Shown: positions 1-13,103 of the stretch, one piece after another
Numbering within the stretch: the first letter of the stretch is position 1
Layout: each line of letters begins with the position of its first letter
Source of the DNA: Curvularia clavata
Taxonomy: Eukaryota
NCBI GenBank assembly: GCA_023920165.1
Contig: CP089274.1
Location: 744,001-808,000 of the forward strand
Direction of reading: 5' to 3'
Length of the DNA stretch: 64,000 bases
Translations under genes and position numbers: made by a program
The notes under the pieces: generated by a model
Database searches by the model: none
What the model was told of the DNA's origin: nothing
What the model saw: the letters and a program-made list of their open reading frames with translations, nothing else

Positions 1-958
1 GGCAGACTCTCTGCTCGAAGTAATAGGCCAGCTATGGCAGAAAGAGTCGGCTTGGGGAGTGTGGAAGGGCACAAACTGCACCTTCATCTACAATTTCCTC
101 CTCAAGACCACCGAGGGTTGGTTTAGAAGCCTCATCTCAGCCCTGCTGAACATACCAGACCCCGGGCTTGTGGGCGCCGCAGGAAGCGGTATTGGAGGTC
201 TCGATGTACTCGACAGTCCAAATCCGTTGACATCCCTTGGTGTTGCGGTAGCTGCAACAGCCATTGCGGCCACTCTCCTAGCCCCGCTTGATTTGGTGCG
301 AACACGCCTGATCATAACGCCCATCTCTTCCTCCCCACGGTCCATTTACCCGTGCCTCTCCCTCCTTCCCTCTCTCTCCGTCTCTCCTACCCTCCTCCCA
401 GCAACCATAATGCACGCCTGCGTGCCTACCCTCGTCTCCTCGTCTACCCCTCTATTCCTCCGCTCAACATTGAGCATCGACCCCATTCTCACTCCCGCCA
501 CCTACTCCTTCAGCACTTTTCTCTCTTCCACCGCTGAACTCTTTATCCGTCTCCCTCTTGAGACGGTCCTTCGCCGCGGCCAAGTTGCTGTCCTGCAAGA
601 CTACGAAACACAGCGCATGGCAGCAGAATACCAGAACCCACCCAGTCGCTCCAAGAGCCCAGCTTATGGACTGGATAGGGTAAACAATGATACTGGATTC
701 AAGACTGTTGTGGACCCTGGCCAGTACAGGGGTGTGCTGGGTACCATGTGGTTCATTGTCCGCGAGGAAGGCATCACAGTCGAAAACCCCAACCCCGCAA
801 AAGCGGCAAGCGCAAAAGCAATGGGCTTCTCAAGGCCCCCACGTACCAGGAAGGGTCAGGGCGTACATGGCCTGTGGAGGGGGTGGAGAGTTGGAGTTTG
901 GGGACTGGTGGGCATCTGGGGTGCCGCTGCCTTGGGCGGAGGAGGTGGCGAGTTCTAA
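1..958 (+). CDS. UGO1: Mitochondrial fusion/carrier-like outer membrane protein Ugo1 (5'-partial)
   Basis: The frame is open from position 2. It has carrier-type motifs PLDLVRTRL and PLETVLRR, and the C-terminus GLWRGWRVGVWGLVG...GGEF typical of filamentous-fungal Ugo1. Confidence 0.8.
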   Translation, partial: ADSLLEVIGQLWQKESAWGVWKGTNCTFIYNFLLKTTEGWFRSLISALLNIPDPGLVGAAGSGIGGLDVLDSPNPLTSLGVAVAATAIAATLLAPLDLVRTRLIITPISSSPRSIYPCLSLLPSLSVSPTLLPATIMHACVPTLVSSSTPLFLRSTLSIDPILTPATYSFSTFLSSTAELFIRLPLETVLRRGQVAVLQDYETQRMAAEYQNPPSRSKSPAYGLDRVNNDTGFKTVVDPGQYRGVLGTMWFIVREEGITVENPNPAKAASAKAMGFSRPPRTRKGQGVHGLWRGWRVGVWGLVGIWGAAALGGGGGEF

Positions 959-2175
959 GACCACGGCGACCGTGTCGTCTCTGTACTCGACTTGTTCGAT
1001 TTACACGTGGTTTTCATGAATGCTTTCATTGTTGTTATTATGATCAGCGTATGCGTATGCTAGATACACCACTCTTAGCTGGCGTTGTCAAAAATTTACT
1101 ATATGATTCTGATATTAGCGTCTGTTCTGTCTCAAGATCTATGCACGATACATCTCAGACTGTTGGACTATTTACCCGAGGATATACCCCGTCTGTTATC
1201 AGCAAAACAAAACTTAAGATCCTCGGTTAAAAGTGCACGCCGTGCCTTTGTTCCGATTCAAGGGTCCGCGATCCTTTCTCCATGCTGACGACTGTTTACG
1301 TTTAGCGCCTTGGCGTAGATCATGACGCTGTCACTGGCTCTGTACATCTGCTGCTCCACACCATCCAGACGACAGCTTGTCGTACCATTCTTGCCTTTTT
1401 GCTTTTAATTTGCTTCTTCACTAGGGCCTTCTCAAAGTCCAATCCATGCAATTATCCCTTGATCTCCATCTATTGGCTTGAGATACGCACGCGACTTCTG
1501 TTGCAACATCATCAGCCTGCAGTCTCATGGGGATATGACCGCATATAGTTCTGGTTTGCGAGCTACCTTGTCATCTCAACCGGATCCCTGCTATCTTACT
1601 GGGTTCTCCTTGACTGTGTGGGAGCGATTAGACTGAGCCTGAGGCAATGATGGGGGGATAAGCCTTAAGTTTTATGGTGCCTGCGTTAGCTGGACAAAAT
1701 GTCCTAATGATTGTTGCTACGCACTTTTGGCATTCGATCTTGTCGGATCAGAATGAAGCATGCTATCCAGCGATGATCCCCCATTGGGTCATCGCACTAA
1801 CGGGCGGGAATATGGTCATCCGAGCATTGGGCCGAGACGCCTCCCGCCTCTCAAGGACCTATCTCGGTGCACACAGTAGGCGGTGAGCTTGCCGCATCTA
1901 GGCAGTCGTGTAGCGGCTGTGCCTGCGAAAAGAGAGCCATCACGATGATTCGACGCGCATAACGGAAACCCGCGGCTAGTCCGCGACCGTGCACAAGTCG
2001 AGTAGGGGAGTCTGTCGGAGAACAGTCCAGAGCAATATGTATGGTGTCTCATATTCCGGCGCAATGGGAGTGTAATGGCCTTGCCGACGGTTCTGGAGTA
2101 TAAATGCTGCGTAACGTGCCGCCCCACTAAGAAATGCAGTCGATAAATCTCCGATTCCATCGAAGGCCTTCCAGC

Positions 2176-3867
2176 ATGGCAGCAGACCATGGGAGGTCAG
2201 ACACCTTCTTGACGCTCCCACACATTGCTGTCGCCATTTTCACATACTTTGTCGTCGCCACCGCGTACAACTTTCTCATCTCACCAAAAATACCAACAAA
2301 CATACCATGGATGGGCTATGGAAAAGGGTGGCTTGCTCAGATTCGCAATTTCGCTGCTGTCACTAACAGTAAAGAATGGGCACTGGCCGGATATGAAAAG
2401 CACAGTCGCAACGATGAATTTTTTGTATTGCCTGCCACTCTTGGCTCATTCGCTGAGATTGTCATACCGCCGAGTCAAATGGCATGGATGTTCGACCAAC
2501 CTGACAACGTTCTCAGTGTGAGTGAAGCCCACTACGATATCTTGTACGGTGACTATTCGTTCATCGACCCCATCATTCTAAAGGACCCATATCACGAGCA
2601 TGTAACTCACAAGAGCCTTGTCCGAAATCTTAACGCGATCATACCGGACCTTATAGACGAAGTGCCACACGCTATCGCTGGCGTCTATGGTACCAACACA
2701 GAGAAATGGATCAAGCTGGATGTCATGGATTCCTTCATGCGAATGATTCCCAGTCTTACCAACAGGATGCTTGTCGGATCTCTATGTCGCAACCGCAAGT
2801 ACCTCAACGCTGTTGCAAATTTCACAATGGATTGTATACGCATACAAGGCCTTATGGTCGTGATACCAGGCGCGTTACAACCAATTGCTGGAAGGATTTT
2901 AAGCCTAGCCAACCATTATCATTATTGGCTATCATCTCGATTCACAATACCTCTGATCAAGCAGCGCATCTCGGACATGACCAAAAAAGACGCAGGCCAC
3001 CCAGACTACATCACATGGAAAGAGCCCAACGATTTCATCACATGGAGTTATCGCACTGCACAAGCCGAGAATCGGCGCGACGAGATGCAGCCGACCCGAA
3101 TTGCGCAGCGCATCCTGCCCTTAAACTTCGCAAGTAACCACACCACCACGCTCACGGCATATGAGGCCCTGGTCAACATACTGCATGCCGATCCGGGGGT
3201 CATGCGCCAACTGCGAGAGGAGGCATATCGCATTCTACAAGAAGAAGGTGGATACACAAGAAACGGACTGAGTCGTATGCATCGTATCGACTCAGCCATC
3301 CGCGAATCACAGCGGCTATCGCCCTTCGCTCTTACTCTCGTGCATCGCAAGGTTGTTGCAAAGGAAGGTGTGACAACTCCACAGGGCATTCACTTCCCAT
3401 ACGGTACGATCATCGCATGTCCTTGGACACCAATCGCCGCCGACACGGATATCTTCGAGAAGCCAGACGAGTTTGATGCGTTTCGCTTTTCGAGACCAAG
3501 AGAGGAGTACGAAGCCATGACGCCCGAAGAGAAGGAGAAAACAAATGCGCTCAAGTTGAAACAGGGCAGCATGGTGACGACTGGTTTTAGTCATTTGCCT
3601 TTTGGTCATGGGAGACATGCTTGGTGCGTATTCTCACTGCTTAACGACGTTTTAAACAACAGAAATCCTAACGAACTGTATAGCCCTGGTCGCTTCTTCG
3701 TCTCGCACGAACTCAAAATAGTCTTCTCGCATCTGCTGTTGCATTACGATTTCAAGCCTATTCCGGAGCGACCGAAGAAATTGTGGGTCATCAGATATGG
3801 GATTCCGCTCCCAGCACAGGTTGAAGCACGGTATCGCAAGAGTATGTGGACGCCGAGTGATGAGTGA
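2176..3867 (+). CDS. Cytochrome P450, ent-kaurene-oxidase-like (CYP503/CYP512-type); one intron at 3624-3683
   Basis: N-terminal TM anchor, I-helix FASNHTT, ExxR (ESQR) and FDAFRF. The heme motif FGHGRHACPG appears only after removing a GTGCGT...CCTAAC...TAG intron that splits the Cys codon. ATG 2176 is preferred over 2134. Confidence 0.9.
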   Translation: MAADHGRSDTFLTLPHIAVAIFTYFVVATAYNFLISPKIPTNIPWMGYGKGWLAQIRNFAAVTNSKEWALAGYEKHSRNDEFFVLPATLGSFAEIVIPPSQMAWMFDQPDNVLSVSEAHYDILYGDYSFIDPIILKDPYHEHVTHKSLVRNLNAIIPDLIDEVPHAIAGVYGTNTEKWIKLDVMDSFMRMIPSLTNRMLVGSLCRNRKYLNAVANFTMDCIRIQGLMVVIPGALQPIAGRILSLANHYHYWLSSRFTIPLIKQRISDMTKKDAGHPDYITWKEPNDFITWSYRTAQAENRRDEMQPTRIAQRILPLNFASNHTTTLTAYEALVNILHADPGVMRQLREEAYRILQEEGGYTRNGLSRMHRIDSAIRESQRLSPFALTLVHRKVVAKEGVTTPQGIHFPYGTIIACPWTPIAADTDIFEKPDEFDAFRFSRPREEYEAMTPEEKEKTNALKLKQGSMVTTGFSHLPFGHGRHAWCVFSLLNDVLNNRNPNELYSPGRFFVSHELKIVFSHLLLHYDFKPIPERPKKLWVIRYGIPLPAQVEARYRKSMWTPSDE

Positions 3868-4471
3868 TGAAGCGGGGTGAAGAGAATATGACTATGAATA
3901 GTATCCGTTCGAGATAGCGATATTTTTATAATACAAAAAGTATGGTTGTGTTGAAGATTCGTCTGTTCACATGTTTTGACTGCACATAACTATATATCTG
4001 ATATTTTCATCTTCGCTGTCGTGGCTTGACGGCGATGCATGTCACATCAATTCTGATGCCGTAGTGATGGTAAAAGGGTAGGTTGCAAGAGAGTGGGTAG
4101 GTTAGGGTTGACATTTTCGGTGCGCAGACGAAGTATGGCATGAACATGGGAAACGGAATATTACAAGCGCAGTACCGAGTGCTCTGGTCCCTTTGGGACA
4201 TATCAACGTTAAACGCTTTTCGTTAAAATCTTTTGCCTCAGAAACAGGAAGTGCATGGAGAGTTTGTGGGTGTCCTGATGAAGAGACCATCGTCAACCCT
4301 CTCTCTCGCATCCCATTATTCAAGAATGTGCAGCATGGAAAGGCGCAAAAATGTCAAGCTCAACAATAGATTTGCCCACTTGAGTGAGTTACTCTTTCTC
4401 ATTGACTTGCACTCAAATGTAAATTGGAGAGACCAAAACTATCCTGGGTATTGTTTCACGTCGTATCTCCG

Positions 4472-7400
4472 TTAGGCTTTCCCTTTGACTCTACTATCGT
4501 CTTATCCTCCTTTCCTTCTGACTCTGCTTGCTGTGCAGACTCTGGTTTCGCCTCAGACTTTGACTCTGCAACCACCTTGCTGACCACCAGGCCGATAAGA
4601 TGCGAACCAACGTTGCCAGCACCGTCAATTGGCCCGAGCTTTGCATCAAAAAGCTTCGCCTCGCGCAGCAGACTGTAAGTTTTGTTAGCGATACATGGTC
4701 AAGATACTGGCGCTCAGATTCTTTTTGACTTACCGTGCTTTGCCGCCTGCTGTCTTGATCGGCGCTTCTTTGATCACTTTGCCAACTTGTTCCCTGTAAC
4801 TCTCGAAGACTGGGCCCATGATCATGCGGACCTGGATCTCGCTGAGGTATTTGTTGATAACTTTGTGCATGGTGACTGTGTCTTTGGTCAAGCTTTCCAT
4901 GCTGGGGCTGACATCTTTGTTTACTTCCGCCTCACTGTCCCAATCGACTTTCTTGAGACTGCGCATATGCACTGTAGCCCGTCCCGACAGAATGTCGGTT
5001 AACTTCTCATGAATTTGGTTCTGCTGATCGTGTAACAGGCGCTTGACATTGTCAAACTCACCGAGAGATGACTTGTTTGTGGCAGAAGCAACGCGTCGGC
5101 GAAAACATTCGCGGATGTAGGGAAGTATAGCGATTATGAAAGACAGTGTTTGAGAAGCAATTGCCAGGTGCTTGGTATTGATGTTCTTCAGACCGGCTGA
5201 ATGCATAGCACCAGCACCGAGAATTAGTTGGCAGAGGCGCGAGTTGAAGAGCTTGATATATTCGCAAAGTGAGGCAGCAACCTCAGAGGTCATGCTTGGC
5301 ATAGCGGAGACGAGTATTTCGAAGCGTTCAATGCCTCTTATAACGACAGTAGAGGACGAGGATATGGTATATTTTTCCTCATCCACAACTGCGGGCACAG
5401 TCGTTTTGCTCTTCTCCTTAGGCTTCTCTTCAGAAGTACCATTGGTCTTGGCCGAAGCACCGTTTGTGGTTGGTTCTTGGATTGTCTGAAGGATGTCGCC
5501 AGTCTCTGCCCAGCTAGGAGGGTCGCTTTCCATGCCTTTCAGTAACCGTGCCAAGACTTCAGTGTCCTCAGTGTCAAAGTCCTTTGGTTCCCAGCGATCT
5601 GAGTCCATAGCTTTTGCCAACTCTTGCTTTTCAAAATCTCCAAATTTCGATACAAAGTCGGTGATGTGGGTATTTACTACGGCCTTCAAAGCAGCACCAG
5701 ACCTTCCAGAAACAGCCTCGCACTCGTCCGCAAACAGCCTGCACATGTTGAAATACCGAAGAAATCTCTCGAGGGGGAGGTTTGCAGTGGCTTCTGATCG
5801 AACTTTCAAAAGTTTAGTGATCTGTGTCTGAGCAGCATCGACTGCTTGGCCAAGGAGGCTCGACATGTCCAAAGCCTGCATAATTTCCATTTGTAGGTCA
5901 GTGGAAGAAGCTGGCGGACCACCACTGCCTAGGTAATCATCAATGTTGTTTAGGTAGGAGCTCCTGGGAGATCGCAGGCCACCCGCAGAGACAGGAGGTG
6001 TGGTGACGCCACTCGTGACGTCGAGCAATACCTTGACCAAGGTGCTAAGTCGGCGCAGGGCTTCGCCAATGTCAGTGAAAATATTTGTGAAGAAGTCTTC
6101 CGCATCGCCAGGGTCCATTGCCCGCAGGTTGCGAGCAAGGATGGAATTCTTGTCCGCCTGACTTTGCCCCCGCCCGCCTCTTGTCGATACTGATGCCATA
6201 GACCCGGTATCATCGTCCGAGGAGCTTGGCAGGTGTTTCCGGATGATAACTTTCATCTCCTTTAAGATAGCTTCCCTGAAGGTTATGCTAGCCTGGTTCG
6301 TGAATTGCGCTCCACTCAGGCCGTACAGACTGGCTCGCAGCTCTGCTCGGAGCTTATTGTCGGTCGACATATAGGCGGGCAGCGCTGTTTTGAGCTTCTG
6401 GTTGCTGTTCCGTCCTTTCTGAGAGGCGGCGACCCATCTCTCCAGGGTCTCTTGATTTGGAACACGCTTTACGTGCTCGCGCAGGTCTGTAAGTAAGGTG
6501 TCTACAAAACGTGCCTCAAAACCTCTTCCGATTCGGAACTTGAGTTCAGTTATGCTTTCAAAGACGTCGTCCAAGGCTCTCAGAGGCCGTAGGTCAATTA
6601 ATTGAAGGGGCAGCCGCGTCTTCAGCCACGCTGTCCCTTGTGTGTCTGTGGTATCTAGCGCACCAGTTATAAGTCGTTCTACCATCTCGATTCGAGTCAT
6701 GGCAGTCTCCAAGTCACCATCAACAACGGCCTCATCGCAGTACGATAGCCCCATGATTACAGCGTGGAGCTGGTCGACTGAATCGGTTAATCTTCTTAAG
6801 TTCTCTCTCCGCCTCTTCATTTCGACGACCTTCAAGCCTCCTATTGCCATCTGCTCGTCCAACCGTTTAAGGTCTTCTCTCAAGGTTTTTATTTTCGCAA
6901 CAGAATCGGCAGCCTCTGTCTGCAGCTCACGTAGCGATCCAAGGGCGGCAAAAAAAGACGTTGATGCTGTTGAGATAGCTGATATTAGATGCACCTCTAC
7001 CGTGTCCATGTACCACGAAAGTTTCTCTTGTAGTATCGCATTCGTTGCGAGAGCCTTTCTTGTCGTCGGTTGTGGTGCATCCAAGCCGCCATGATCGTCG
7101 CTGCTTGTGCTTCGTACCGGCCTTACAACCTCGGATCGCTCGCTCACGACGTCAAAGGTTCGCGGGTTCTCAATATGAAAGTTCTCATCGAAGTAAATGT
7201 TGGGTATCGTAGAAAGTGGCGTAATTGCCGGTAATGTTCGCTTTGTTGCGCTCGTTCGACGCTTCGGTTTTGGGGTGGTATCTGGGGCAAAGGGTGCTGC
7301 TGCCAGGTTCGGTGTGTTAGCTGGCGAGGGCGCCAGATCATCAGGACCATCCTCCTTGCTCGACGCCCTCCGTGATGGCTGTGCAGATTCGACTGCTTCT

Positions 7401-7906
7401 ACCTTTGCGCGTTGAAAGGCATCATACAGATTTCCGACCTGAGTCAGATAAGGATTGAAGGCGGAGGGGTCGACGTGGGGCGTTTGTGCGAGTGTTACAG
7501 GAGGTATATCCCTTGTAGAAGGCGGACGGTGGCTAGAAGCAGCTGTGGCAGTTGTATGAGGGACCATGCCGGTCCGCATAATGGGAGGGGTGAGCAGCGT
7601 TGAGATAGCTGAGCGGAGGTTAGCTGTTGGCGCGCGGATGAGCATGCTTCAAGGTGTGTATTCACCATTATTGCTCTGCTCCCTCACCGCGCCCATGGTG
7701 CTCTTGAAGCTGTTGTCGAGGGAGCCGCCAACCGAATGAATTGAAGATGCGGTTGAGCCACGTCTCGGCTTGTAGCGCCCGCCCGTCGAGTTGGGCCTGC
7801 TTGTCCAGTCATGCTGCGAGGGCAATGGAAAGGAGCCTTGAGGAGGATTCGGCGATAGGAATTCGAAGCTTTCGGTCGACTTTCGTGAGGCGTCGGGGGA
7901 GGACAT
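4472..7906 (-). CDS. VPS54: GARP complex subunit Vps54; exons 7906-7666, 7608-4734, 4672-4472
   Basis: Conserved segments LQEKLSWYMDTVEVHL, STSFFAALGSL and CQLILGAGAMHSAGLKNINTKHLA. Canonical introns 7609-7665 and 4673-4733 join three frames. Confidence 0.93.
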
Positions 7907-8964
7907 GATGGCGGCGCAGGTCGGGGGTCAATCGGTAGCGGCATGGGGAAACAAAGGGGACGTTTATCGCATCTTGGCTCGAGGGTTGGATATTGCTGGT
8001 TCTCTGCTTATCCAACATACATGAGCAAGGAGACGGCACAATGGGAGCAATGCGGCATCGAGTCTTGCAGTGGTTCAATGTCGTCGGGAGTGGCTTCAAG
8101 TTCTCGCGCTCGGTGGTGACGGAGTGCATGGGCCCTGGGGCTGGAAATCGGACAGGGATAGGTACCGCAGCCAACCAGCCTCCACCCATCTCACTCTCAG
8201 ACTCTTTGTGCCACTGCTAATTTCAAGCAAGTTGATGACTGTATGATATCAAGGGTTATGACAAGCATAACTAAACACGACGTGATAAATAACTACAGAA
8301 TTTCAATACTAAGTGTAGCCTTGGCCTTCAATCAAGGTACGGTAATACCGACAGCTGTTTTTGTAAGTCTGAAGCGGAGAAAGTGCAGCCGCCTCCTCAG
8401 CTTGTGGCTAAGGAAGGCAGAATCAGTTTTGTCCGTCTTTGGATGAGGACTCTGCCTTTTTTCTCCATCGCTGTTCCATGCTCGAAACATGAGGTCTGTT
8501 ATAATCCATAATCGATGATACCTCGTTACTCGCCTGTATAAACAGTTTGATCACTCTCCTGTGCTTCAGATTCCACAATCGTTTCTCTACCTCTTGAGCT
8601 AAGGACCAGCTCATAAAGGCAACTTGTGTTTCAAAAGCGCTAAATACCGTCTATTGCGGAGGCAGTGCCGACGAGGCGTATGAAGCCGCAGCTGAAGTGG
8701 GAGGTGAGAGGCTCAGCCACGCTCAGGCCGTGGGGCCAGAATCGCCTTCTCCCGAATCTCCTCTCTTTTCACATCATTTACCTCCCCATCACCCTACTCT
8801 GCCGTATTGTTGTGGAAACTGCAAACCTACTGGATTGTTCAGACTCTGTTATATGTTTCGCATCGATGCGCAGTACCAGAGGCAGATTGAAGACCATCTC
8901 TGCTGTTTTGGCCTTGTTCGATACTGCGCTGCACTCTTGTGTCTAGTAGTTGTTGATAACAATC

Positions 8965-11900
8965 ATGTCGACAGCTTTGGCAAAGGTTGCACCGTTAAAG
9001 CCTGAGATCCGCCTCGGCCAGGTCGTCTCCGAATTCGAAGCTGACCTTTCAACCGAACAAAAGGTCGAATTTCAAGCACTCAGATTGCAATCAAGCAAGG
9101 CTGCGCCTGATCAAAACGATGTGATGCGGCTGACGGCCGAGATGGACAAACGTATATCCAGCAAGTTTGGCGGTCAATGCTTTGGGCCTCGCTTCACCAA
9201 CTTTGTTCAAGGAGTTCAGCGATTCGCCGCCCTTGGGGATATTCTCGTTGGTGGTTCACAGAACCTAGTCGCATGCGCGGTGTGGTCAGTAGTACGAATG
9301 TCGTTGTTGGTCAGCGTCTTGATCTTTGGTTGTTGTCGCTGCCATCCGCTGACGCCCGACAGTCTTTTGTAAGTCTATCAGCATACATAGACAAACTGTC
9401 TTCGATTTTCATGGTCATCGGGCGCACTACTCCACGCCATCAGGGGATGGCACTACTATACCCTCATTCCAAACCGTTACAGTCATCTTTTGCTGAATAT
9501 TTCATCATCGTGGTCAAGCTCTGTCATTACATATTCAAATTTGGCCAGAAGTCGTCTGTTCGGCAGTTCACCTCTTCCTTGAGCGATGCGCAGTTAAAAA
9601 CCTTCCAAACAGATCTAGATATATGGGCAAACTCGATCAAGGAAGAGATGCTTTTGGCAGAAGCTCAAGAGAACTCGAAATTCAGGACTTTGACTAGGGG
9701 AGCTTTTACCACTGGTTTCTATCAGCAGGGCTACGCAAGCAAAATTCGAGTGCTCGGCTTATGTTCTGAATACGACTATGAGACGGCCTGGAAACAAACA
9801 AGAAAAATCGGCAATTCATCTTTCTATAAGCAACTGGTAGAGTACCAGGAATGGAAGGGCTCCTCAAATTCTTGTACGCTAGTGTATACGGGCAAGTTAG
9901 GTTCGGGCAAGTCGGTGCTGATGGCCAACATTGTGGATGATCTTAATCTCTCTATTGAGGCAGATCAGTCTCTAGTAGCGTATTTCTTCTGCAAACATGA
10001 TATCCAGGAGAGTTTAGAAGCACGGACAATCCTTGGATCGCTAGTACGACAACTATTGTGTACTATCCCGAACTTTAACGTACTTGCTAAACGCTATAAG
10101 AATACCCCCTTTAAGGACGACATCGAAGGGCTGATAAGCTTGCTGATGGAAGCTTTCCCGAAAGACCGCAAAATATATATTGTTCTTGATGGTGTAGACG
10201 AATGCGGCTTCGAGCAGAAGGAAACATTAGCAAAAGCACTCAGGGAGATCCAAGAGAAGTTACAAGTCTTAGTGTGTGTTTCATTTCGAGAGAAGCCAGA
10301 CAATAGCATACAATCAGTCACTGAGCAGTTTCTCGCCACTCGGATCGTATCTTTACCGGAAAACAATCCAGACATCGAAGATTTCATTGAAACAGAACTC
10401 GAACGCTGTCTTCAACGAGGGCTTTTAACAATTGGAGATCCGACTCTAATACTAGAGATACAAGACACCCTTTTGAAAGGCTCGCAAGGAATGTTTCTCT
10501 GGGTAGCACTTCAGATCAAAACTCTGTGCAGTAAGAAGACCGATCACGCTATCCGGGAAGCATTAGCAGACCTGCCCAAGGACCTATCTGGAACGTTCGA
10601 AAGGATCTTACAGAAGTCAGGAACGGATCTATCACTTCAAACAAAAACACTGCAACTCGTTCTTGTTGCTTCCCGGCCTCTAACAACAGATGAGCTGCGA
10701 GAAGCTCTAAGTGTTGTTCCGGGGGACACTACCTGGGATCCTTCAAAGCTTTTGCACAATGTTTATTCAGCATTAGCTTGTTGCGGGTGTCTGCTTACTG
10801 TTGATGAGGAAGAGTTCACCATCCGAGTCGTCCATCACAGCGTTAAGCAGTATCTCTGCACTGGACATGGCACCACAGAACATGCAAAGTTTTCGCTCAA
10901 AGACGCGCGAAGAAAAATGGCAGACATTGTTGTTACTTACCTTTGCTACGGTGTTTTCGGAACTGAGCTATCGAGAGTCAACGCTCGTCCATTCATGGCA
11001 CAACCTCTCCTGTCTAAGATTGTACAATCCACCACGGGCTCGTTTAGCACTAGCTCCAGTTTTGCTATCAAATTACTTAAATTGAGGAAGCAATCTGATT
11101 TCGACTTGACTAAAGCAATTACCCAAATGAAAGGTTCATCACCCCATGAAAAAGAAACCTCGTTCAGCTTTTACCAATACGCAAATACGCATTGGTATGA
11201 ACACATTGTTTGCGTATCAGGACACAACGCTACCATCTTTCGGCTTGCTTCAAGGTTGATCAACGTGCGAGCTTCAACCTTCAACTTTGAACATAAAGAT
11301 CTATGGCCGGTTTGTGAAAGAGCCGTCGAGGGTAAAAATGAGAAGATCCTGGGGCTGTTGCTAGCAGCTGGAAACGTTGACATCAAACCCAAAGAAGAGA
11401 GACCAAATACAACGCTCTTGATTCATGCAGCTTCAAAAGGATACAAAGACCTGGTGGAAACGCTACTCAGCCATGACAAGACCATTGCCTACGCGATGCG
11501 TTATTCTGGGCGCTCAGCACTAATGTATGCAGTAACAGCAGGACACCACGACGTAGTTGAGGTGATTACCAAAATGAAAGAACCAGACGTCATGGCTCAT
11601 ATCCACGAGTTTATGTTGGAAGAGGCGCTAATAGTAGCAGCATATTTAGGCAATGCAAGCGCGTTCGAGATGATTCTGAAGACTGGAAAAGCTGACATCA
11701 ACGCGAGAACGAACGGCCCTTATACAGCGCTGATGTGTGCAGCAGAAGGGGGGCATAAAGACGTGGTCGAGATGATTCTGAAAACGGAAAAGCCCGAAAC
11801 TAGCGCAAAATTGGACAGCAATTACACAGCGCTGATTTACGCAGCAGCAAAGGGACATAAAGATATGGTCGAGATGATTCTGAAGACTGGAAAAGCTGAC

Positions 11901-12314
11901 ATCAACGCGACAAATGACACCGGGGATACAGCACTGATTTGTGCAGCAGAAGGGGGTTATAAAGACGTGGTCGAGATGATTCTAAAGACCGGAAAAGCTG
12001 ACATCAACGCGACAACAAACGGCTGGCATACAGCACTGATTCGTGCAGCAGAGAGGGGGCATAAAGACGTGATCGAGGTCCTTCTAAAAGACGAAGAGAT
12101 TGATATAACCGCAGCGGATAGGTTGGGGAGATCGGCGCTGATGGCAGCAGTGCATCAGGGACATAAGGATGTAGTAGAGATGCTCTTACTCACTGGAAAG
12201 TCTGGCATTGAAAGAAGTGCCGAATCTAGAAATGACGCAATGACAGCTGCGTTAATGGGAGGCGATAGGGACATCATCAAACTACTGACATCGTATGGCG
12301 CATCTGCCTATTAA
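8965..12314 (+). CDS. Fungal NLR-like STAND protein: helical N-terminal domain, NACHT NTPase, winged helix and ankyrin repeats; intron 9310-9362
   Basis: Walker A GKLGSGKS, Walker B IYIVLDGVDEC, GMFLWVALQ, SRPLTTDELREAL and VVHHSVKQYL. About 8 C-terminal ankyrin repeats of the form TALxxAAxxGHKDVVEMIL. The intron GTCAGC...CTGAC...CAG joins the two ORFs in frame. Confidence 0.92.
11667..12074 (+). repeat. Tandem 102-nt (34-aa) ankyrin-coding repeats with high internal nucleotide identity
   Basis: Units start at 11667, 11769, 11871 and 11973, with more diverged units at 12075 and 12177. The first 40 nt of units 1 and 3 are identical (gagatgattctgaagactggaaaagctgacatcaacgcga). Confidence 0.9.
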
Positions 12315-13103
12315 GAGGTAGCTATTTCGTAAGGATTGCCTGTAGCAGCGAGCAATATGTGAGAAAAGTGTAAAAAAATGATTCATGTCTTCCCTCATTC
12401 TATCAACAATCTGTATTCATGTAGAAAGGTGATGCAATCCCTTAGAACGCTTTCTTAACGCTCTCTTAGTTCTGTTGTAGCGCCGGGTCCTCTACAGGGT
12501 GTTAACTGATATAGTCAAAGATTCTTCTGGTCCCCTGCTATCAGCGACTCCCCAGCACAATTGCAGCGCCTGAATAGTCAAGGGACCAAGGATCCAGCCT
12601 AGTAGTCGTGTTGAGACTTTCGTTCATATTAATGTGAAAATTGTTAACCACAAGCGCCAGTCACCTCTACTAAACGCGCTATCATTCAGGAATATCTGTG
12701 CAAGGCAAACAGCCATTGCGGTATAAAATCTTCTCTAATAATTTCCAAACCAGTTAGCCACCAGCAGCTATTCAACTTCCAATTAGAGCCCGTTGGTTCT
12801 ATATCCCCGTTTTCAAAATCCCATGATTCGACTCACTCTGTAGATCAAACGGCCTATCGCAGCCTTCACCGCATCCATATTACGCCTCGTCTTTCCTGGA
12901 AAACGAGATTTGATTGGCTTTAGCAATACTTACTCTCACCGATGCCTAGATATCAGGAATATCCTCTTTTAGATAGCGCACCAGTGTATATAACCAATGC
13001 CAACGTGTGCAGTCAACGCGGTCAGAGTACATATCCAGTGCCAGTATGTAATCAAGTCTGCCATAACATCCATTATACGGCTATCAACATCTCCTTCGTC
13101 GAC

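Noticed and set aside
11667..12200. CRISPR-like repeat-spacer array
   Set aside because: The periodicity is an in-frame 34-codon ankyrin repeat inside a eukaryotic CDS, and there are no cas genes.
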